Part shown: in pieces, positions 26,155 to 40,700 of the stretch
Numbering within the stretch: the stretch's first letter is position 1
Layout of the letters: each line of letters opens with the position of its first letter
DNA from: Octopus sinensis
Lineage: Eukaryota
Length of the DNA stretch: 64,000 nucleotides
Reading direction: 5' to 3'
Assembly (NCBI RefSeq): GCF_006345805.1
Contig: NC_042999.1
Span: forward strand, 126,418,001-126,482,000
Translations under genes and position numbers: made by a program
The notes under the pieces: model-generated
Told to the model about the DNA's origin: nothing
Seen by the model: only the letters and a program-made list of their open reading frames with translations
Database searches by the model: none

Positions 26155-27027
26155 ATCCCATAATATGCAGTTTTTTTTTACTTCTTTCATTTTACAATAT
26201 TAAGATAAACAAAGGTATTTTTTAATCTAAAATATACTCTCCATTTTCTACAATGCTCTTCCATCTATCTGGTAGACTTGCACAGCCCCTCTCTCAAAAT
26301 TCACTTGCCCGTGACGAAAAATACTCCTCGAGTACTGTTCTGACCTCGTCTACAGAATTCATATTTTTTCCGTCCAAATGATTTTGAAGACTGCGGAATA
26401 AATGATAATTAGATGGGGCAATATCCGGCGAATATGATGGGTGAGGCATCGATTCCCATTCAAACTGCTCCATCCTTTGGAATGTCATCTTCACTGTATG
26501 TGGCCGAGCATTATCCTGATGAAAGAACACCGTTCGTCTTGAAACTCAATTTGCTGGCTTTTCCGATGGCACGCAGGTGTCGATGAATGGTTTAATGACC
26601 AAATCCAAACTTCTCTTTTGTTCCACAAGGGTTCGCAGGACATCCTCGTCGAGCTCTACAGATCTTCCAGGACGAGGCTCGTCTTCTAGGCTGTAGTTTC
26701 CAGATCGGAGTTTCTAGAACCACCGTCGACACTGGCTTACGTTTATTGTCCGATCCCCATATACTGCATTAATATTCCTCGCACTTTGCGTTGTGTTGTT
26801 GCTTTTATTGAACTCATAGAGCAAAATATGCCGAATATGCTCTTTTGTCGTTTCCATTATAGCTTTGAAAAAAATTACTGCTAAAATCGAATTGCACTCT
26901 TGAAAACTTGCAGCAAGAATAAATACAAGGTAAAATTACTACCTGCTTTTACAGCGAGCTGATGCAGGTAGTTTATCCCGTCCCCCTCCGACTTTTAGTT
27001 CATGCAATTATTTATGGGATGACCCAA
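26148..27027 (-). mobile_element. internally deleted mariner element
   Basis: TA-flanked TIRs TTGGATTATCCCATAA / TTATGGGATGACCCAA. N-terminus KEHIRHILLYEFN..SLEDEPRPGRS joins at AIGKASKL directly to GVLFHQDNARPH..YSPDIAPSNYHLF, so the linker and first catalytic D region are deleted. Confidence 0.92.
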
Positions 27028-27117
27028 TATATTGCAAGCAGGGGAGCGTACGGTCTGGTGGTGGTCCTGTCGTCTGCTAGAAGATGGTAGGAGTTCGATC
27101 CCCTGCTTGCAATATAT
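27027..27117 (+). other. tRNA-like head enclosed by a perfect 19-bp inverted repeat
   Basis: ATATATTGCAAGCAGGGGA (27027-45) / TCCCCTGCTTGCAATATAT (27099-117); A-box-like CGGTCTGGTGG and B-box GGAGTTCGATCC inside. Confidence 0.6.
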
Positions 27118-28239
27118 ATCGGGTGCAGATTGCATCGATAACCAGCTGGAGGATGTTCCTCCTGGGGTTAAAATCTGTAGTAACGTCGGTTCCTATGGAA
27201 CACCTATATTGAAGTGACGATAAACATTATTTCTCAGTATAGTTACTACTTTCGTGTCTTATAGAGATTTCCTAACTAGCTACTTTGCTTGTTGGAATAA
27301 CAAATGATTAGAAATAATTCGAACTATAACTAGTTAGAAGTTGGTTGTGGCCGAATTTGGTCTCTATATAAAATAAGAATGAGAATGAATCAATTTCGAA
27401 TACACCAATATAATGAAAATATATGTGTTTATTTAACAATTCATAGGATGCTCGCAGAACAGCGAGAATCCAACTCCTAATTCATTAAAAGAATTCACTC
27501 TTAATACTTTATGGTACATTCGAACGTAAATATATGATTGCCGTTGCTTTTCGTCCGCTTTTAGTCTTTAGACAATGTGTATTCATACCACACACAATTC
27601 ACTATTGTAAGGAGACTTCGAAATACTAAGGTATTCCGACATTGTTGGATGTCTCCTCAGTCAAAACTACCCCGCCGGGTCGGTTATTCTAACAAAGATA
27701 CGAGCTCTTGTTTGTAGGGATCAGTAAGCAAATTTTTTGTTGACGAGTACTGCCGTTTACCAAACAGATGATAATTCATGGAGCGCACGTCAAACAGCGA
27801 GACTCCAAATAATAACGTATTTATTAATTTTTAATATGTTCTAGCAGTCTCGAAAGTGAATCGATGTATATATTTATCTTCCGATGAAACTTCCGGGTCA
27901 TTTTGATTTTCTGCGAGAATATCTGTGTATGTGTATGAACATTTGTGTGTGGTGGTGGGGTGGGGTCTACTCGTTTGAATTAACTTGCGAGTGTCTGGAT
28001 ATTTCACATACAGGTGTAATTTTAACGTAATTTTCAGGCAGAATTAGCGCAATATACAGGTTACAAGCTAGGCTGTTGAACTACAACTACGCCCCATCCG
28101 CTTGGCTTTCCACAAATTTTCGTGTACCTAGATTCGCTCGACTCGCGAGTATTGACACATGTCCAAGACTACACAGAACTTAATGATTGCAAAATGAGCT
28201 TTCCAACCACTCGGCCATGCTAGCGCGCGCGCACGTGCA

Positions 28240-28311
<72 letters not shown>

Positions 28312-28660
28312 ATATACACACACATATACACACACACACACACATACACACACACACACGAACACATGAGTGTACTTATACATATACATATGTGTACTTA
28401 TATATATATATACAGAAATATATATATATACGCAACATACACACTCAGGCACATACATATACATACACACCTATATACATCATGTATATGAATGTGTGTG
28501 TATCTTTGTATTTGTATTTGTCCCCTCGTCGCCTCTTGCCAGCCGGTGCTGGTTTATATATGTCCCCGTAATCAAGCGGTTCGGCAAAAGTCACGGATAG
28601 AATTAACGTAACAGTTACAAAAAAAAATAATTAATGATGATGATAATAATAATAATAATA

Positions 28661-28704
<44 letters not shown>

Positions 28705-28872
28705 TAATAATAATAATAACGATTAATGATTAATGAATAAATAAATTCTGTGGCCGATTTCTTCGACTCTACCCTTCAATACGGTGCCCCGGTATAGTTG
28801 CAATCCAATTACAAAAACAAGTAAAGGATAAGAGGTACATACATGCACACACACAAACACATCCATCCATCC

Positions 28873-28903
<31 letters not shown>

Positions 28904-29511
28904 CATACATACATACATACATACATACATAGAGTATATTGTATTTTCGTTTTATCACGTTACTCATCTGTATTTCGTTTCGGTTCTGTTTGCTTTCCTC
29001 TTCTTTTCTTTTCTTTGCCCCTTTGCATATATGATTTTTTTAATTATTTTGTTTTTATTTTTAATTTTCGTCTTTCATTTGCATTCGTCTGGTTTCTGTT
29101 TTTTATCAAACATCACATGGAGATGTTTAGGATCCAGCAACTAACTCATTGACTACAAACAGTTAAACGATGGTAGTACTTGAAATTTAAGAAATATAAA
29201 ACAGCAGAATAAAATTGTTTACAATAAAACTACTGAACATATTTATCAGACTGTTTTTCTTTTTATGTATGTTTGCGCCTTTAATTTATTATTATTTTGT
29301 TGTTGTTGCTCGTTCCTTCTGTTGTTGGTTGAATTTATTTATTTATCCATTATTTATTTATTTATTTTTGTTTTCAACAATAGCGACATCTCGTTGATGT
29401 ACATATATGTGCGCGCACACATTAACATCTACACTTCGTACAAGCCATTCGCGCACTCTTGTATTTACTACACACTCACACATAAGCACACACACTCATA
29501 CATACACACAT

Positions 29512-29543
<32 letters not shown>

Positions 29544-29888
29544 CAGTGACATATCACTTGTTTGTCTGTCTGTCTGTTATGCCATTGCTGCATGAATATC
29601 AAGATATGTAAGCAGACATCTGGAAACTGATAACAGCCAATGGGTGTATATAAATGCAAACTTTGCTGTTTCTAATAAACATAATATTTTTTAGATAACT
29701 TATTGTTAAATTACTTCGCATGTTTCTAGACTATGCACACACACACACACATACACACACACACGTATGTATACATATATATACGTATATATACACATGC
29801 GTATATATACACATACATACGTACACATATCCTACATACATACTTATAGTGAATCTTGTTTTTCAACACGTACACATACACACGCATA

Positions 29889-29919
<31 letters not shown>

Positions 29920-30469
29920 GCGTGTGTGTATGTGTATGTGTGTGTGTGCATGTATATATATTAACAGTTATCGCCAAGTTAATATGGCAGTCCATAAATA
30001 TAAGACGAAAGTTGCCGTTGATTAGCTCCAAGAGGCCATCGCTTCTAGCTAGCTATATGACACACGAACCTGTGTCTATTATTATGGACACACACATCTC
30101 ACATAGCATGACAATTTGTGAAGTAGGTATACCGAAACAAATTCATGAATTTCAAAAATATATACACTTTTATTAATAATACACTAAAACAACTATAAAA
30201 TTAGAAAATTTTCTAAACACTTGTCTAGCATCAATATGCACGTTATCTCGCCGTGTAGAAATTAATACACAATTGCTATGTGACAATATGTTTGTTTCTC
30301 TCAGTAGCTGAGATCCGAGTTAAATAAATTCAGATGGGAACTTTAAACGATTTGAGTCTGTGAAACCGAAACGTGGTGGTTTCTTTATTTCATATTGCAA
30401 TCACCAAGCAATAGCATTACTAGTAACAGAATTCCTACGGGTCATATGTATTTGTGTGTGTCATATGTC

Positions 30470-30509
<40 letters not shown>

Positions 30510-30540
30510 CGCGCGTGCGTATGTTTGTGTGTGTGTGTGA

Positions 30541-30830
30541 TGCATGGCCTAGTGGTTAGAGTGTTGCACTCACGATCATAAGTTCAATTCCTAGACTGGG
30601 TGGTGCGTTGTGTTCTTGAACAAAACACTTCATCTCAGGTTGTTCTGCTTTCACTTCGACATCTGACGCTTGGTACACAGTGCGCCTGTTCAGATAACGT
30701 CGATTTGATGGAGTGAGCGAGCTAATGTACAGCATATATATTTGATCGCTATAAACAAATCATTTGTGCAACTCGTTCGACAAAAGCTGAACACTTACAC
30801 CTCGTCTTCGACAGGAGAGTCCATCGTGTG
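30541..30830 (+). mobile_element. SINE family B variant
   Basis: TGGCCTAGTGGTTAG..AGTTCAATTCC..GTTCTTGAACAAAACACTT. Confidence 0.75.
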
Positions 30831-32479
30831 TGTGTGTGTGTGTGTGCGCGCGCGCGCACGCGTGTGTAGCGTCAATAAGATGGATGCATGGCGTTACATT
30901 GAATAATGTTTCAAAAATTAAACCGAAGTCCCATGTATGTATGTATGTATGTATGTATGTATGTATGTATGTATGTATGATGTGACGAGCTTCCGCAAAG
31001 TTTCCGGCTACCATTTCCCACCTGCAAGCTATTATTAGTCAGCCCGAGGTTTTGATAGATCTGAAGAACGTGCATCTGTGCATCATATAATTAGCTCTAA
31101 ACTAATATTCCATATGATGTTATAAATAGTTAAAAGTTAATATTCTCTCCCTTGTAAGGAAGTGAGTAATCGATCTCTGACAACGATAATAAACGTTGAA
31201 AGTAGTCGTCGTGTTTTTTCCAGACCACGGAAAGATTAATATTCTGTGGTTTACAGTTAGAGTTCTCGAATTTGTTAGTACCACTGAAGAATACATCTTG
31301 ATGTGGTGTTTGTTTGACAAGTCAGACTGTTCGACGTCATCTCCCGCCAAACAATAGCCAAGTAAGTTATTCAAATTACGACAAGCCCATCTTTTGGATG
31401 GTATCTAAGTCTACATTATTCAGTGTATCCTTCCAATTTTAAAGATGGTAAAGTGAAATTTCAAGGAGATTTGATTGATATTCTTTACAGGTTGAGCGGC
31501 CAGATAGTGACTCACTCGTTTGGTCGAATTTCTGTTGATATCGTTCGGAGTTCAACTTAAAAGCATCTATCACCTATACTTGTTGAGAGTCATATAATAT
31601 TCTAAAACCGTTTTCGTGCAATTTATTGTATTTCTCTGCTTTCATATTTGACAGATCTTTGCCTACACAAAGTACAGAAAATTAACAGGTGAAAATTAAG
31701 TGTTATACAGACTTTTACGTTTTACCATCAAAATCTAAAATAATTAAATTGTAATTTCAACTTAAATTTGGGAATTTCATATTTTCACGTCAAAAGTATT
31801 AATATAATTTTATGTTTAATTAATTCTAAACAATGTGAGATTTCCACGCTATGAGTGGAAAGAGGACAATTGACGTATTTTCATTCCTGATTTCTTCTAT
31901 ATTGTGTGGAAAATATTATGAAACTTAGCGCCAGAAATGAAATAAGGGATACATAGAACATTTTACTTGTCTAACCATTTTTATTTTAAAGATGCAGTAC
32001 GGAATTTTGTCAGTGAACAGGGTCCGGTCTTAAAACGACGAAAATATTTTGGCAAATTAAATTTAAATGTTGAAGTGAATCTAACGGATTTTGTGTGTTT
32101 CTTAAATGGTTTATAAACACCTTCCATGCTGCAATTAATATTACAAATTCATTAAAAGGAAAATGTAACTAAATTTATCCATAAAAAAATAATTATAGTG
32201 TTTCAAAATTAGCTCAAACTGAAACATTTTTTTTTTTTTGCCCAATTAAAATATTTAAGGCAATAGAACTTTCTTGTTAGCACACATATTTCTTCGTGTA
32301 AGAGCTATTAAAACAGTGATTTCTAACATAAGCACAAGGCCTGGAATTTAGTAGAAAAAAAGGTAAACTGAATATATGGACAACAGTATTTGACTTGTAG
32401 TTTATATTATAGGTCCTGGAAGAATAAAAGATAAAACTGACCTCGGCGGGATTTGTTGCATTTCTTATCGCGATGTTAG

Positions 32480-32990
32480 GGACAGCTGGTCTCTTAAATA
32501 ACCATTTGTATAAATGTTCTTTAAACATTCACGTCTATGCCTCGCAGACCTCTGAGGTTTTTTGACGCGATATGAAAAAGCTGCGAGCTCTTTAATCCGA
32601 AACTATTACAGTATTGGGTTCTAACTCTAGATGGAGAGGGCAGAATTTTTGGTATTATGCAACAGTATTCAGTTCGATGGTTATATAGCTTTTCAATGCC
32701 AAAGTGAGATACTAGACCTATCAGGATCTTCCATACATGTATCATTGTATAGCTTTCGCATTTTCTCTGTCGAGAGCAGTCTCAATTCTTTTAACCTTAC
32801 CCAGTTGCTAATCTGTTGCACCGAAGCAATCTTCTTTATGTAGTGGTATTGGATTGCTTCGAGCTCCGTTGTTGGTTTGCCGCTTTATGGTAACCATCAA
32901 CAGTTCAGGTGATTGAGAATGAATATCTTCCATAGCACCAATATAGCTTCCTTTTTCTTTATTTTGATTGATCTTAGATTCTATTAATCC
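32480..32990 (-). pseudogene. CR1/L2-group LINE ORF2 C-terminal fragment
   Basis: Frameshifted IHVWKILIGLVSHFGI..RTQYCNSFGLKSSQLF..NLRGLRG..FKEHLYKWL, which resembles the WKI..GLV/NSF..GP.LFN.LP/FK..LD..L tail of CR1/L2-type RTs. Confidence 0.65.
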
Positions 32991-33274
32991 AGTCGCTTTC
33001 ACGTAGTTACCATCTTAGTAATATGCACACGGAATGATACATCATTGCTTATGTAGCTCTCATGTCACGCGCCGACTGTATTCCGCATGTATGTATGTAT
33101 GTATGTATGTATGTATGTATGTATGTATGTATGTATGTATGTATGTATGCATGCATGTATTTATGTGTGTGTATGCATGTATGTAATATATATATAAAAG
33201 ATATGTGTATATGTATAAACATGTATATACATGTATTTATAAACATGCATGTATAAACATGTATGTATAAACAA

Positions 33275-33354
<80 letters not shown>

Positions 33355-33861
33355 GTATTTTTGTGTGTGTGTTGCATTTCTAACCGAAATACCTTGTCAG
33401 GAGACTTAATTTTCATCTTCAACTCTCAAGGGATATTAATGACTTTTTGTTGTTCCGCTTAATTTACATATGAAGCATATACATAGCAATCTTATCCCGT
33501 TTGTTCTGCCATACTCTCTGGTTAGGGATATGCTGTATTCGATGAAAAACACATGTTAAAATGTGAGATTATTGTAGCTGTAACAAGTGTAAAGAAATTT
33601 GTATAATGTCTCACGAGTATACATGCGCGCACACTTTACACACGCATGCACATATACACACATGCCAGAACAAGGATGAAATGCCTATTGTTTTTTTGAG
33701 ATGTTAATGCATTTCAACTGATGCAGTTACTTTGAATATATATTCAAATCAAAAGAAAGAAGATAACTTACATTTCTGCTTGTCTAAATGATTATGTAAA
33801 TTGATGTGTTTGATTAAGACAGACACAAAATAACCCTTCTGTTGCGTTCCTTATATATATA

Positions 33862-33919
<58 letters not shown>

Positions 33920-33923
33920 TATA

Positions 33924-33991
<68 letters not shown>

Positions 33992-33998
<7 letters not shown>

Positions 33999-34068
33999 CT
34001 GCATACAACCAGGTGCATGTTCAGACACAAGATTATATACAATTTTACAATCAAGTAGAAGTATTAAT
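33992..34068. repeat. 77-bp sequence identical to 24681-24757
   Basis: Base-by-base identical. Confidence 0.9.
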
Positions 34069-34094
34069 CGTGTAGAAGTGTTAATCCTGTAGCT

Positions 34095-34361
34095 CAGTGG
34101 TTCCCAAACTTTTTGGGACTTGCTGCCCCCTTGGCACTTGGGCCGCATTCCTAGAGCCCCCATCCCCCATTCACCACCACAAACATAAACCACTTTTTGC
34201 ATCAAATTCAAAGCAACTGTATTTCACAAATAAAACTTAGCCTAATTAACCCACTAGTTTGTTCTTTTTACATCCATCGCCCCCTTTTGGCTACCCTATT
34301 ATCGCCTCCACTTTTCTTCAACCGCCCCCAGGGGCAGTATCGCCTGCTTTGAGAACTACTG
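34095..34361. mobile_element. non-autonomous hAT-like MITE
   Basis: TIR CAGTGGTTCCCAA / TTGAGAACTACTG (2 mismatches); internal GCCCCC subterminal motifs; the 8-bp TSD is not preserved. Confidence 0.65.
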
Positions 34362-35290
34362 CGCAAGATGTATTATTAATCTTGGTTGGTTGAGATATTG
34401 CTGAAGCATGGGTATACCTCAACTTACGTTGGTAATTGGTTTCCAAGATATGTGACTTAACCTGTAAAACGACGTAACACGAAAAAAAGTACAAGATTAA
34501 AAGTTTATCAGTTTATATCTGTTTCAATAAATGGTTTGTAAATATTTTCACGTGTATTTTATTTGATTTTTCGACTTCAGAACTGGATTTTAGAATTTTT
34601 AAAAAATGTTTATGCTTTTACTACGTTTGATGAGACAGACGCAAAGTCTGTCAAATTAAATTGAAGTTTATTTTTACGATTAATTTCTTTAAAAAACCAA
34701 AAACCAAGATGGAAAACCAAAAAAAGACGTAACTCGAAGCAGCATAGGTTGAGATATGCTTGTATTCATTTTCAAGTATGTAATCCAAATTGCCATGCAC
34801 TGGAATGTTTCCATTTGCTCTGTCTGAACCGTCTGCGAAGTTGTAGCTCAGCACAGCAGGCTAACGAATCACTTGTTAATTATGCATAGCTTCTGTTGCT
34901 TACAGTGTTGAAACGTAACACGTTGTTAAGTGTCTTTTTAAACGACGTGGTGAAAGTAAAATTGTCAAGTCAACACTAATATAGTAGTACTCAATGATTT
35001 TGATTTTGTGACGCGGTGGAAATTAAACAAAAATTATTTGAGCATTTCACAAAATAGGCTTAAAATTACACTTTCAGAAAAAATTTGTTTATTGTATTTT
35101 TTATTGTTTATCAATCCATTTTTTCTGCTGATTCCAAAAATGAAATTATTTTTTGTGTATCATCAACAGTTAAAAAAAGTATGTCAACTTTCAATGTTAT
35201 TATATATTCGGTATTGTTATAATGTTCCGCTACTAAATGTATGTCTAATTTTCTCTTTCAGACCAATTACTAAGTTCTGCTACTTTCAGG

Positions 35291-36272
35291 ATGGCTACTA
35301 GAGTATGTAAAAATTCTCGAGATACATTTTGCTATGTGTGTGATTATTATATTGGTAAAAAGCAGGTATTACATAAGATCGTGAAAGGTACCAAATTGTG
35401 GATAGCGTACAGACTCTATTTCAGAATGCCCATGGGTGACCAGGACAAACAATGGGCCCCACATGTATTATGTGGAAGCTGTCGATCTACTCTAGAAGGA
35501 TGGTTAAGAGGTACAGGAAGGTCAATGCCTTTTGCCATTCCAAGGGTATGGAGAGAGCCAAAGAACCATCACGATGACTGTTACTTTTGTATGATCGATG
35601 TGACAAAGTACAGAAAAGTGAAAGGAAGACAAGCTCTTCAGTATCCAGACATACCATCATCTAGGGCACCTGTCCCACACGATGAAAGTTTACGAGTACC
35701 ACTACCACCAGAAAATATTTCATCTGAAGAGTCAACAAGTAGCAGCAGCCAAGAAATGGTGGAGGCTTTCGTACCAAGAACGACTTCGGAGCCTCACTTT
35801 CCAAATCAAAGTGAGCTAGATGATTTAATCAGGGATCTGGGTCTTACTAAGTCAGGAGCTGAACTTCTTTCATCAAGGTTAAAGGAATGGAATCTACTGG
35901 GAGAAGACTGCAAGACATCTGCGTACCGGAAACGCCATGAAGAATTTGAAATTTACTATGAAAATATTAATGATCTGTGTTATTGTAAATATGTGATTGG
36001 TTTGTTTACTGCTATTGGACTCAAGCATGATTCTGTAGACTGGCGACTGTTCATAGATAGCTCAACACGAAGTCTCAAAGCAGTGTTGCTCCACAATGGA
36101 AATAAATATCCTTCTTTGCCTCTTGCACACTCCATACAGAAGAAAGAAAATTACGATAATGTCAAAGAACTCGACAAAATAAATTACGCTGAGTTCAAGT
36201 GAGATGTTTGTGGTGATTTCAAGATGCTTCTTGCAAGGGGGATACACAAAGTATTCATGTTTCCTTTGCTTA
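35291..36272 (+). pseudogene. DNA transposase, Chapaev/CMC-like, N-terminal half
   Basis: 303-aa ORF with CxNxxDxFCYVC, GDQDKQWAPHVLCGSC, WREPKNHHDDCYFC, NQSELDDLIRDL, WRLFIDSSTRSLKAVLLHNGN; after a TGA it continues DVCGDFKM and QGGYTKYSCFLC. Confident as a transposase, less so for superfamily. Confidence 0.75.
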
Positions 36273-36317
36273 TCCCCTCCCCCGAAATTGATGGCTTTGT
36301 GCCAAAATTTGAAATCC

Positions 36318-36407
<90 letters not shown>

Positions 36408-36430
36408 TTATTATTATTATTAGATACAAA

Positions 36431-36630
36431 GAGTCGAGCTGGCGGAATCGTTAGCACGCTGGACTAAATGCTTAACGGTTTTTCGTCTGTCTACGATCTG
36501 AGTTTAAATTCCGCTGAGGTCGACTTTGCCTTTCATCATTTTGGGGTCGATAAGATAAGTACCAGTCAAGTACTGGAGTCGAGGTTATCTACTTTCCTGC
36601 TCCTTGGAAAACTGCTGGCTCTGTACCAAA
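36431..36630 (+). mobile_element. SINE family A
   Basis: Aligns to 5021-5190. Confidence 0.8.
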
Positions 36631-37943
36631 ATTTGAAACCATTGTTGTTAAATAGATCCAAAGCCTACGAATTTTATGAAGAGGAGCAATCTGATTGCGT
36701 GACATTCATGAAAAGTACAAATGACCAAATATTCTGTCTGAATGTTCTTTCCAGTAACGAAAACATCTGTGGCTTTTCTCTTCATTGGGAAGGTTATATA
36801 AATAGCATGGGTTTTATGAAATCTCATGACGACAGAAAATATCTATAGACATGAACAGGAACGAAGGACGAGCTTGCTGCTTAGACAACTTCAACACACT
36901 CATCTTACTCCATTCTAACAAATAATACACAAAGCAACACGAGCCATAACAACAATAACAACTGTAACTACCATTGTTGTTGTTGTTATGGCTCGTGTTG
37001 TTGTTGTTGTTATCGTCTTCATCGCCATTGCATCATCATCATCATCATCATTATCACTATCATTATCATCATCATTATCATCATTATCATCATTATAAAT
37101 TGCAGCGATGAAAACCGGAGAAAACGAAATCTGCGAAACGTAACACTCTAAATGAGAGTAATGGTTATCTAATACCGTTTTTATTTTTCTTCTTTTCTGT
37201 TAACTACCCGCACTCCGACTAAGTGTTTAGTCAGTTCTAATCAACTACTGTAACAAGGTAGAGTGAGCAGATTATTTAGCTACGAGACCAGTCCATGTTC
37301 ATGAATCGGATATTTACGAGCAATGGACAGATTTGAGTTGCTATAATTTCAAATCGTTTTATGGTCGTGTTAAAAGACTAGCAGCGTAATTGATCCCAAC
37401 TATAATACACGTTGTACTTCTCCAAACGAATGGCTTGTCTATGGAAAGCAATTATCAAGAAAGTCGTATTAATTTGTTAATTTGATCAACATTCGATGCC
37501 TTTGTTGAAGATTGTTTCTGCCAATATTTTTATTCAAAACAATTTTGCCTTATAATTCTGGCTTTCTTGTTGAAATATTAAACTGAAGATTTTGGTAAAT
37601 TTGTTTTCGTAAAAATTCCCATATATAGTCAGCTACCAAAACTATGTTTTGAATTAACTGGGCAAAATATTTTCTAGCTCATTTTATCTTCAATGTTTTT
37701 TTTAACAAATATACGATGCTTCACGCGCGCGTGTGTGTTATATGAGTTTTATTGATGCGAGAGTTGATTTATTCTGTTAACAAATAATTAACTGTGTTGA
37801 CCTTGAAAGACTGTTTCCTGTTCAAAGCAATTTTATTCGTTTCTTTTTATTTTCTTTGATCTGCAAAATGCTATACAATTTCCATCGAAAAATATTATAA
37901 ATAAGAAATCACGAACACTAGTTTCTTAATGTTCCCATTTTGG

Positions 37944-38110
37944 AAGGAGTGAGCTGGCAGAATCGCTTTCACGCCGGGCAAAATGCTTAGCGGCATTTCG
38001 TCCGTCTTTACATTCTGAGTTCAAATTCCGCCGAAGTTGATTTTGCCTTTCATCCTTTAATCGACTTGCCCACTCCTCTGAACTTGCTGGCCTTGGTGTC
38101 AAAATTTGAA
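37944..38110 (+). mobile_element. SINE family A (internally deleted)
   Basis: Head, B-box and GCCTTTCATCCTTT present. Confidence 0.75.
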
Positions 38111-38439
38111 ATCAGTATTTTCATTATGAGCTTCAAATGATGAAATATACTAAACGGTATGATCTACCCGAAATATATACACACACATATGTGTGTGTGT
38201 ATGTGTGTGTGTGCCATTTTACAAACGATAAAAGTAAGAACAGTAGTTACCAGCAAAAAGCAATTTTCAGCTATTATTTCCCTTCACGAGAGGCCCGTAC
38301 ATAATACATTTAAGCAAAAGAAAATTATAAACATTGCTCGAGATATTTAAAAATACCAGAATGCAACGTCAATGGCCTAAAAAAAATCTATGTAACAAAG
38401 AATATCATCACAATGTAACAAAAATTATCATCACATATG

Positions 38440-38712
38440 GCATTCGTATCGCGTAGAATTAATGTACAAGTGGCTGAGCACTCCACAGACACTTGTACCC
38501 TTTACGTAGATCTCAGCGAGATTCAGCGTGACACAGAATGTGACACGGCTGGACTTTGAAATACAGGTGCTACTCATTTTTGCCAGTTGATTGGACTGGA
38601 GCAACGTGAAGTAAAGTGTCTTGCTCAAGGACACAACACGTCGCCTGAAATTGAACTCAAGACCTTACAATCGTGAGCTGAATAACCTAACCACTAAGCC
38701 ACCCGCCTTCAC
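38440..38712 (-). mobile_element. SINE family B
   Basis: Reverse complement of 5311-5528 plus tail. Confidence 0.8.
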
Positions 38713-39216
38713 TATGACTTGACAACATACTGGAAATTCGCGTATTCAAAATCTAAACTAGCAATACAAAGCAAATATATTTGTGTTTATGTGTGTGTGT
38801 ATGTGTATGTGTGTGTGTGTGTGTACACTATTCAAATATATATATACATACATACATACATACATATATATATATATGCACATACATACATACATATGTG
38901 TGTGTGTGTGTGTGTGTGTTTGTGTTTGTGTGTGTGTGTATGTATGTATGTATGTATGTATGTATGTATGTATGTATGTATGTATGTATGTGACTGGTAC
39001 CTATATTATTATCATCCTAAAAGAATGGAAAATAAAAAAAATAAAGAATGGAAAACAAAGGAAGGCAGTTAAGTTAACGCTTTGAAGAGTGGTTCTTTGT
39101 CAAGATAGAAGGAAGAAGGTTGAGAAACAAAGAAACGAAGGATAAACATGCTTTGTTAGTTCAAAGATGTATTAACAAGTTTGAGTCACCGACAAAGAAT
39201 TAATAGAATTCTTTAA

Positions 39217-39420
39217 TTCTTTTGCTTGTTTCAAGCGTTTGACTGCGGTCATGTTGGAGCACCACCTTAAAAGGTTTTAGTTGAAGAAATCGACCCCGGA
39301 ACTTGTTCTTTGTAAGCCTAGTACTTATTCTATCAGTCTCTTTTGCCGAACCGCTAGCTTAGGGGGACGTAAACACACTAGCATCGGTTGTCGAGCGATG
39401 GGTAGGGAACAAAGACACAC
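39217..39420 (-). mobile_element. SINE family C, 3' half
   Basis: Aligns to 58525-58710. Confidence 0.75.
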
Positions 39421-39465
39421 TCACATAAACACACACACACATACAGACAGACAGACAGACAGACA

Positions 39466-39514
<49 letters not shown>

Positions 39515-39802
39515 TTATATACTACGGGCTTTTAAAGCAATCAGCCAACGGGAGACCACTTGCCTCCTATGTAAAATAAGCCACGCGATTGGTATTTTAT
39601 ACATTAGAGGACATCTTAAAAGATGCCAATAAAGCGTTTTCGTATTACGGAACGATAACCCAGGACCGTGTAATGTGGAGATATCATCGAAGAAGAGATT
39701 GGTGATGTATTTTTTATTTCTCCTTCCTTCAGTCTTGTCGAAATTAAACTGTCCAAAAAGTCTGTTTACCTTACATCCTTTCATTTACAGCGTTAAATAT
39801 AT

Positions 39803-40028
39803 TGGTTTCAAATTCTGGCACGAGGCCAGCAATTTCAGGGAAGGAAATAAGTCGATTACATCTACCCCAATACTCAGCTGGTACATATTTTATCGATCTT
39901 CCCCGCCACACACACCCTCGGAAGGACGATAGGCAAAATCAACCTGGTCGGAATTTGAACTCAGAACATAAAGACGGACGAAATGCTGCTAAGCCCGAGA
40001 TGCTAACGATTTTGCCAACTCGCCGCCG
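39803..40028 (-). mobile_element. SINE family A
   Basis: Minus head GGCGGCGAGTTGGC, B-box GAGTTCAAATTCC. Confidence 0.75.
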
Positions 40029-40384
40029 TGACAGCGTTAAATGTATTATTAGTTTGTTCTTTTTGTTGTTTTTATCTTTATTTACTTGGAGACTTAATCC
40101 GAATTATCCTTGGTTATTTTTATTTAATTTTATTTTGTCAACCTCTTAATGGCGTTCGTTGACTTATTCTTTTAATTTTGTATTTTTTTTTTTTTTTCGT
40201 TTTGTTGCTGTTGCTTTTTGCTTGTATCTTACTTGGATATCAATTAATTACCAGGATGAAATAAAGTACCAGACCAAAATTGGCTGGATTTAATCCCTCC
40301 CACCACCACAAAAACAGTTACCTTTTTTTTTGCAAAAGTTACTATTATCGACTTAACAACATTGGCACAGTAGCGGTAGTTGTA

Positions 40385-40700
40385 GAGTGAGGAGGAGGAG
40401 GAGGAGGAGAAGAAGAAGGAGAAGAAGAAGAAGAAGAAACGAGGATAAGGAAGAAGAGAAAATGTAGTGGAGGAGGAAGGGAAGTAGAAAGGAGGGGAAG
40501 AGAAGGCGGAGAGGTAGAGGCAGAGGAGGAGAAGAAGAGGCGGGGGAGGTGGGGAAGACGAGGAAGAAGAAGAAGAAACGAGGATGAGGAAGAGAAAACG
40601 AAGTGGAGGAGGAGGGGGAAGTGGAGGAAAGTGGAGGAGGAGGAGTAGGTGGGGGGTATGGGGGGGAGACAAAGAAGAAGAAGAAGAAGAAGAAGAAACT
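40385..40700. repeat. (GAG)/(GAA) purine-rich low-complexity tract
   Basis: Directly visible. Confidence 0.85.
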
